Shown: positions 19,983 to 28,300 of the stretch, one piece after another
Numbering within the stretch: the first letter of the stretch is position 1
Layout: every line of letters starts with the position of its first letter
Source of the DNA: a virus
Lineage: Duplodnaviria; Caudoviricetes
IMG/VR virus record: IMGVR_UViG_3300027985_000695
Span: 1-63,746 of that record
Length of the DNA: 63,746 nt
Reading direction: 5' to 3' (one strand)
The notes under the pieces: generated by a model
Database searches by the model: none
Told to the model about the DNA's origin: nothing
What the model saw: only the letters and a program-made list of their open reading frames with translations
Translations under genes and position numbers: made by a program

Positions 19983-22310
19983 ATGCCCTTCAATCTCGAC
20001 AATTTCTTAGGCGGCGTAGGCACCGGGTATCTCAATCAGGAGAAGCTATACGACCAGCAGGCGCGCACCGACATCGCCGACAGGTCGATGACGCTTGAGG
20101 AAGAGGAAGCGCTTAGAAAAGAGCAGGAACTTGAGCGTCAGCTTGCGGAGCAAGCCCGCATCGCTTCCATTCTTTCTCCCGGCGTATATGGCCGGCAGGG
20201 CGCCACAGGGGCTGTTGGGGCGCAGGGACAGCCGTTGCGCGAGCACGACCTTCCCGTCAACTCGAACCTCACTGTGGGTGGCGTTGACCCGACGTCAGAA
20301 CTCGGCAAAGCCATCGCCTCGTACACGCAGAACGACCCCGGCCTCGGCGACTACCTGAGCGCTGTCGCTCAGGCAGAGAGCGGCGGCAACCTTAATGCGC
20401 GGTCTGACACGTCGAGCGCAAGCGGGCCGTTCCAGTTCATCAACGGAACAAAAGAAGGGCTGTTCGGAGACTACGGCGAGGAGATGAAGCGTCTCGGTCT
20501 TCCTTTCGACGTGACGAGTCCGCAGACCGCGGCGTACCTCGCTCGCAAGTACACGCTCGACAACGACGCGCAGTTCGCGAAGCTTAACGGCAGGGCTCCG
20601 ACAAACGGCGAGCGGTACATGAACGCCTTCCTCGGCGTCAACGGCTACAACCGCATGATGAAAGATGCGGAGCGGCTCGGGTGGGATGCGCCTGCGCATC
20701 TCATGGCCAGCGCCGAAGCCGTGGCCGCGAACAGCAGCGTCTTCTACGACAGCAAGGGAAACCCCCGCACCGCAAAGCAGGTGCGCGACCTAATGACCAA
20801 CAAGATCAGCCCGCAGGAAGCCGCGCGCGGCGTCGGGACCGGCAAGGAGTACCTGTACGAACCGCAGCGAGGCTACGGCGTCAGCGGCGTTCCGCAGATG
20901 AACATGGAACAGATCAACGCCATCATGGCCGACCCGAATATCGGGACAGAAACCAAGATGAAGTTCATGCAGGCGCTCAACACCAACGCCAGCACTGTGG
21001 AATCAGGTCGCAGCAATCTGGAAAGCGAGAACTACCGCTCGGCGAACATGGCGCAGGAGGATCAGCAGCATCGTGAGCGCATGGCCTTCAACTACGCGCA
21101 ACTGAACGAGCAAATCAGAAAGAACGACCTCGATGCGTCGTCTCCTGAAGAGATTCTCTCCAAGGCGATGATCCAGGGCGACAAGGTCGTGTACATGTCG
21201 AAAGACGGCAAGACGCACAACCTCGAAATTACGCCCGATGAATTCATCGCCACCCGCGATGCAGTCCTGCGCGGAAGCGGCAAAGGCGGGAAGAGCGGGT
21301 CCGGGTCAGGCTCCGGCGGCACAGGCGTTGCGGCATGGCAGTACGATCAGTTGAGCAAGGCGTTCTCTCCGTATGTTGCAAGGACCAGCAACATCAACGA
21401 GGACGACCTCGACAACACCGAACTCGGCAAGTCCGCCGCTCAGATGGCCCAGAACCAGCTTTCGGCTGTGGTGTCCGAAGTCACCAACGTCTTCAGGGAG
21501 AACGGCATGGAGCCGCAGCTTGACGAGCGCACGTTAAACGCGCTCGGCGATCAGGCCGGCAAGCGATATTCCGAACTGTACCCTGAAGTGAAAAAGAACA
21601 TCATCGCAAAGACGAAAGATGCAGGCATCGAAGTGCGGCCTGAAGAGGTCGAATTCCGCACGATGCAGGCGACGATGGGCATAGTCAAGAACGACATGCT
21701 GAAAAGCGGTATGGCTGCTGAGATTCTTTCAGGCGGGAAAGTCAAGATGCGCCCGAAGACAACGCCGCAGGATACCGCTGACAAGGCGTCACCTGCGTCC
21801 GGCGCTCAAGCTGGACCGTATACCGCCAGGCTCGCAGACCAGAAGAAGCGCGTTGAAGGCGATGCTTCCGGCGCTATGGCGCAGGTAGCTTCGGCCGGCG
21901 GCGTCGGAGCCACGCGCGGTCCAAACGCTCCGATTGCGCCCGCCGCTCCTTCACCTCAGAAGAAGGTCGTCCAGGGCGAGAACGGCGACGTTGTTGGCGG
22001 CATATACGGGAACTACGGCGGCGACAACGCCATCAAGCGAGGCGTTCGCTTCTACAGCGGCTACGACGGCGCGAAGTACATCACGGACTCCATCGGTGCA
22101 GGAATCAAGAAGGTCATGGACACGTTGAGTATGCCAGAGGCTACACAGATGTTCCTTATGAAAAAGTACCCGCAGCTTGAGCAGATTGTAACTGGCCTTC
22201 CCGACGAACAGAAGGTATACCTCTTGAAAGCGTTCCGTGACAGCAGCCCTGAGCAGATCGACGCGATGCTGCAAGAAATCATCAGAATTAACACGGACAG
22301 GGGGCGTTGA
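19983..22310 (+). CDS. Internal virion protein with lytic transglycosylase domain
   Basis: AVAQAESGGNLNARSDTSSASGPFQFINGT..YMNAFLG SLT-like catalytic motifs at about 20360-20660. Confidence 0.8.
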   Translation: MPFNLDNFLGGVGTGYLNQEKLYDQQARTDIADRSMTLEEEEALRKEQELERQLAEQARIASILSPGVYGRQGATGAVGAQGQPLREHDLPVNSNLTVGGVDPTSELGKAIASYTQNDPGLGDYLSAVAQAESGGNLNARSDTSSASGPFQFINGTKEGLFGDYGEEMKRLGLPFDVTSPQTAAYLARKYTLDNDAQFAKLNGRAPTNGERYMNAFLGVNGYNRMMKDAERLGWDAPAHLMASAEAVAANSSVFYDSKGNPRTAKQVRDLMTNKISPQEAARGVGTGKEYLYEPQRGYGVSGVPQMNMEQINAIMADPNIGTETKMKFMQALNTNASTVESGRSNLESENYRSANMAQEDQQHRERMAFNYAQLNEQIRKNDLDASSPEEILSKAMIQGDKVVYMSKDGKTHNLEITPDEFIATRDAVLRGSGKGGKSGSGSGSGGTGVAAWQYDQLSKAFSPYVARTSNINEDDLDNTELGKSAAQMAQNQLSAVVSEVTNVFRENGMEPQLDERTLNALGDQAGKRYSELYPEVKKNIIAKTKDAGIEVRPEEVEFRTMQATMGIVKNDMLKSGMAAEILSGGKVKMRPKTTPQDTADKASPASGAQAGPYTARLADQKKRVEGDASGAMAQVASAGGVGATRGPNAPIAPAAPSPQKKVVQGENGDVVGGIYGNYGGDNAIKRGVRFYSGYDGAKYITDSIGAGIKKVMDTLSMPEATQMFLMKKYPQLEQIVTGLPDEQKVYLLKAFRDSSPEQIDAMLQEIIRINTDRGR

Positions 22311-25300
22311 TGCCTTACGAACCGTATCAGGATGAAGATCCGAACATCCTCGACCAAGAGAGCGCGCAAGCCGCTCAGGCTGTTGACTCCAAGCTTGAGC
22401 GGCTTTCCGATGTCGGCAACGGCGACGATGAGATAGAATACGCGCTGAAGATGCTCAAGGGCAGCGCCCCGCCGCCAGAGACTTCAGGCGACTCCTATTT
22501 CGATGCGCTCGGCGTCTTCGGCCGCACTCTTAAAGACCTTCCCACGCACATCAAGGCGTCAGTCGCGCAGGGCTTTTACGACCCGGAGGACATGACGCTT
22601 GACCGCTCGTCCTGGCATGAAAAGGCCATGGACGAGAGCAATGCAGCGATGGAAGAGGCCCGTCGCTACTACGATCCTGTCCTCGGCAAGAACATCGTTC
22701 CCGGCATTACTGCGGGGGACATACTTGACACCGGCCCGTCTGTCGGATTCTCAACCGCGAGCATGGGCGCCTACGGCGTCGGAGCGCTTGCCGGCGGCGC
22801 CGTCGGCATGCCGACCGTTGGCGGCGGCGCAGCGTCTCTGTTCGCCACCAAGGAGATGGCCACCGGCCAGTTCAACGACATGCTCGGTCGTGCGCTCGCC
22901 GAATCTGCGAAAGCCGAAGGCAGGAACTACACGCAGGCCGACTTGCAGCAGGACGTCGCATACTTCCAGAGCGAGGCCGACAAGTACGGATGGTACGAAT
23001 CCGCCCTTGAAACCATCGGCAACATCGTCATGGGCAAGACGTTCGGCGCGGGGAAGGAAGCGTTCTCAGGTCTTCTCAACAAGGTTTTCGGGGAGAAGGT
23101 CGGCGGCTACCTCGGCAAGAACATCGTCACGCGAACCCTGTCGAAGCTTGGGATCAACACTGCGGAGGAACTCCCCTCCGAGACTGCGACGCAGATAGGA
23201 CAGGGAGGCGTCGAGGCTGACGTTGCCAACCAACTGAGAGGCATCGGACTTGAAATGCCGGGCTGGCGCACCGAAGCGCCGGGCGTGACGCAGGCTCTCG
23301 GCGAGGTCGCCGCCCCTGTGGCCGCTCAAACGCTCTTCACCGGCGGCCTGGCGGCAGGTACGCGAGGCGTCTACGACCTTGCAAAGAAGGGCATGGAAGT
23401 CTCCCGCCGCGCCGACGATGAACTCGCAACGCAAGCCGCGAACGAGGAAGCTGCGCGCACCATTCCTCCGAAGACCTCGCCCGTCGAGATGCCGCAACCC
23501 GAAGCCGCCCCTGTGGAACCACAGGGGGAGGGCTTCACGCCTGTTCGCGGCGCCCTTGATACAATGCAGATCGTGAGCGACCCTGAAGAGAACGCGCGGT
23601 ACATAGCTGCGATGAAGACGAATTTGAAGATCGCCGACGAGGAAGATATCAGCGACAGGGCCGAGAGGCTCTTTGCCGAGGGGAAGTCTCGCGCCGAGGT
23701 AATGACCGCGCTGAAGCAGGAACTTCAGGCCATCGAAGAGAAGCACGGCATCAAGCCTGCTTCAATCATTAACGCCGTCGTCAGGGACCGCAAGATTCCT
23801 GGCTTTGAGAGCGAGGGCAGGAAACAGTGGCTTGCCGACATGGCCGGGTACTACAAGTCTCAGGATGCCGCGAAGCCGAAGGTTGAGTTTGATGAGGATG
23901 GAGTCGAGGTTGCGCAGAAAGACCTCAACCATCCTTATGGCCACCTGCGCGGCATTCCTCGTCCGATGTCGAATTACCTCGGCAACAAGCGCAGCATGAT
24001 CCAGGCAGGCGCCTTCATCGGAGCCATTGCCGACAAGATCAAGCAGAGCAACATCGTTGACGTCTTCGCCGGTTCAAGCCTTCTGAGCCAGCTTGTCGGC
24101 AAGCAGAACCCGAACGCCAAGCGCGTCGTCAACGACCTCAACGCCGACGTGTTCAACTTCCATGATGTTGCCCGCAACAAGCCCGACGAGTTGATGTCTG
24201 AGGTGTCGAACAGCCTCAACAAGATTCGCTCAGTCATGTCGCGCTTCAACGAAGGAGGCAAGCTTGCGCATTCTGAGATTGCCGATCTTTGGAAGGAAAT
24301 CAAAACGCGCAGCGAGTTCGGCGATCCGGTTCAGAAAGCCGCTGCGATGGCTCTTGTGTCCGGCCAACTCGGTCAATTCGGCAAGGCAAAAGACACCGTT
24401 GACGCCGAGTCCGGCGTCCAGGGAAGTCAGCGCATCATCAAGGGCGAAGGCGCATCGAAGCCGTATGCCTGGACTGCATCTACAAAGAGCCTTGACAACT
24501 ACGAGGAGACGCTCAGGCAGTTCGTTGCCGATGCAAAGAACACTGAAGTAACGAACAAGGACGCCACCGAAGTATTGAACAATGCTACGGCTGACGGACT
24601 GTACCTTGTCGATCCTCCTTATGTTGCAGGTGAGGGGAAGGAAGGAGTCAACGACTATAAGGAAGGGAAGGAATTGACTTCCCTGGAAGGCGCCTTATCC
24701 TTTATAAATGGCCCCCTGAAAGCCGCCCATGAAAAGGGCGCGGGCTTGGTTTACACAAACAATTTTACCCCGGAACTTGCGACTGCATTGCGCGACCTCG
24801 GCTTTGCAGTCAGGAAGGTAAAGAATCTCAAGAGCCAGAACACCGGAAGCGAGGCAGGGAGCAGAGATGAAATCGTCGCCTACAACTCAGCAGCCGCAGG
24901 CAGGGATGTTGATGGACAGAATGCAGATGCTCGGCGAGGGGACAGTGCCACCGCAGGTGTTCGACAGCCTGACGCCGGAGGATCAGAGAACGTTCCTGAC
25001 GGAACCGGACCCGAAGATGTGGAGTCCAAGCCTGCAAGCAGCGATGCAGGAGTACCTGACGCTGGAACGCGACCCGGAGATGGAGGACGAGGAGCCGCAG
25101 CCGCAGGCATCGGAGAGCAGCATACCCTCCCCGGCGTAGAGACTGCTGAGAAGCAGGAAGAGTCTCCCGAGTCAAAGCCATCTCTTGCGGAGGCTTTGGA
25201 AGCGGCCAGCGACAAGCCCGCCAGAAGCCAGGAAGCGAAAAATCCGACCGAAGGTGCGCCGGAAGGGGAAAAACCCGCGACAGCGCCCCCTGTAGCCCCT

Positions 25301-28300
25301 GAGAGGGAAGCGGCCAAAAACGCCGCCGAACAGGGCGAAAAAACCACCATTTCCCCCGCCGAACTGGCCGACGCCATTGAGTCCGGGCTTGGCGACGCAT
25401 CGTTTGTGCCGTTCAGGGCCAACGAGCGCAGGCTCGCCGACGCCATCAGGAATGGCAAGACCGAATTCAACGTCAGCAAGAATCTCAGCCGCGTCATAGC
25501 TGACAGGCTCAATGCCGCAGTCGGCAAGGAAGAGAACGTATTCGGCGGCAAGGTGACGAAGATTGAGGGCGGGGCTGGTAAGCGCAAGTACGCAGTCTCC
25601 CGCAATCACGGCAGCATCGTCTTCAATGAAGCCACAGGCGCATTCACCCATGAAGCGACTGCGAAGGAAGAAGCACCCGACATTCTTTATTCCACCAAGG
25701 GGATGCGGCTGCGGCGAGATGACCGTCGTGAGACTCGCCAGACCGTTCGTGACATTGTAGGAAATAGTGCCTCTCGCACAATGGTCAATGAAGTTCTTCA
25801 AAACTCCATCGATGCGCTGCGTGAACGGTTCGGCGTTGACAGGTCGTCGTCACCTAAGAAGGGTGACATCAAAATCAAGGTAGTCAAGTTCTTTGGTGGC
25901 AATTATCACTTTGACGACGCCAAGATGAATGATGATGTCGAAAGATATGATTCGTCTATCATTCGCTTTGAGATTGAGGACAACGGCACCGGTATGACTG
26001 CCGATGACGTTCGCGAGAAGTTCCTCAAAATTTCTGGAGAGGGCAAGGATGCAACCTTGCTGTCAGGTGGCTACGGCAGGGCGAAGCTTGCGTTCCTGTT
26101 TATCCCGCATCACTGGCGTCTTGAGACCACGAAGAACGGCGTGACGACTTATGTCTCAGGCAACCGTGAACAGATGTACGACGGCCTTGAGCTTGATCAC
26201 TACTCCAAGAAGGAAGGGAAGGAACGCGGCACCAAGCTGACGTTGTACTGCTACGGCAACGGAAAATACGCCGAGAACGATCCCGTTGACCCTAACGCAG
26301 ACCTTCATGTTCCCGGCTACAACATCGACGCGATGGTGAAGTCGTATGTCAATTCGCTGGCGCTAAACGTGCCCGTGGAGTACCATGAGTCGAACTACTA
26401 CAACAACGATGAAGCTGCGGAGAACAATAACCTTGATGCTCCGGTAAAGTACCATGAAAAGCCTTCCATGCTGCAAGGCTCTGCCCTTGACGACAGAAAG
26501 CTTTTCATGGACCCGAAGCGCGACATTATGATTAACGGCTCTCGCGTAAATATTTTCTACGTCGAGAGGCCGGAACACGAAGTCAAGCACGCAAAGAAGT
26601 ACAACTACGCGCCGAAGTTCGCTTTCTCGTTCTACAACAAAGGAATCAAGCTGCATGAACTCAGCTTTGACATGCAGGCGCCTGACCACCCTCCGTTCGA
26701 CATACATGTCAACGTTGCGCGCACCCCCGATACCGAGGATGCAAAATATCCCTTCCGTGACAACAGGCGCAGGTTGCAGGGAGACTTCAGCGAGAAGCTG
26801 ACTGATATCATTCGGCGCGACGTGCAGTCATTCAATGAACGCATCATAAAAATGCACCGCGATCGTCTCAAGGACATGTACGATTCGTCTCCTGAGTTTG
26901 AAGGCGTGAAGGTTCTCATCCCGTATGAGAAAAAAGACGTCGAGAGCATCAAGGATGACATCAACAGGCATCGCTTCCTGTTTGAAGATATCGCGAAGCT
27001 GTTCAAGGCGTTTGAGACAACCATCAAGGACGCCGTTGGAGAAAAAGTCGTCGATGCGCTCAAGAAAGTTGGCGGGACTCAAGACAGCGAGTTCGACAAC
27101 GACTTTGAGTTCGACATTTCGTTGGATGAGAAGAGCCACGGATTCAGACTCGGCAAGGCAGTCGCTGGTCGTCCTGTTTATGCGTTGAACCCGTTCGCCA
27201 TCACAAAGCAGTTGATGGAAGGCAACGGAATCTACAAGGCGCTCATAGACGTAGAGGATGCAATCGAGCGTGACGCCGTTATGAAGAGCCTGATGGCGAA
27301 CAACCTCGTCAACACCTTCATCCATGAATACGCTCACAACTTCGTGCAGTCTCACTACGAGTCATTCTCAAGCGTAGAGGACTTGCTGCATGCCCAGATA
27401 GGGTATGGAACCATAGCCGAACTGGCCGATCAGGCTTACCAGCTGTTCGACACGCATCAGGAGGCCATTGATGAAATCACGTCCAAAAAGCGAACAAGAC
27501 AAGAGACAGACCTTAAACTCATGCGCAACAACTCTCTTGTTCAGTCCAAGGAACTCGCTGGACGAGAAGATTCTGGACTATCACGCGAAGGACAAGGAGA
27601 AGGCGCGGCAGAAGATTCACGAGAACGGCGGGATGGAGTCGATGAAGGACGCGGTGATCGCGGAAGCGATGAACCGCAAGGCCCGCCTGAGTTCAAGCGC
27701 GACGTAAAGAATCAGCGCGATGCGATCAATAAAAAGACCGCCGGCATCTTCAAGACGAAGGCGATTCCTCGCGTCAAAGACTTCCTCTCCACCGTCCTGA
27801 ACCCGCAGACTGTCGAGGAGCGGCGCTTTGTGAAGGCAGGCGACCAGATGGCCACGATCTACACCGACAGGTCGTTCGGCCCCTTGCGCCGCGCCATCGC
27901 CCTGCCTTCCGCTGTGGCCCGAAAGTTCCCCGACCTCTTCAAGCCGCTGATGGACATTCAGGCGTTCCGCGAAGATACGCACCAGGAATACATCACGGAT
28001 GCGTTCAAAAACCTTGAGCAGATGATGAACCTGAAAGGCCAGGACGCCGACAGGCTCGTGAACGTCATCCACGACCTCGATGGAAATTTTGACGCATACA
28101 AGGAGTTCGGCGTCAAGTGGTTCAAAGAGGCCGGCGACGGAACGATGGAGGCCAACGACGAGTTCTACGAGAAGCTTCCAGACTTCCTGCGTGAGAGGTA
28201 TCCGAAGATGTCGGACGCTTCCATCAACTCGTTCGTGGCCATCCAGCAGGAACTTACCAAGACCTTCATTACCGTCCACAACAACGCGCATCAGGTCGGC

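Noticed and set aside
22599-23198. Another nested ORF in the giant gene (199 aa)
   Set aside because: The translation is R/P/S-rich and codon bias stays in the main frame, unlike the two nested ORFs reported.
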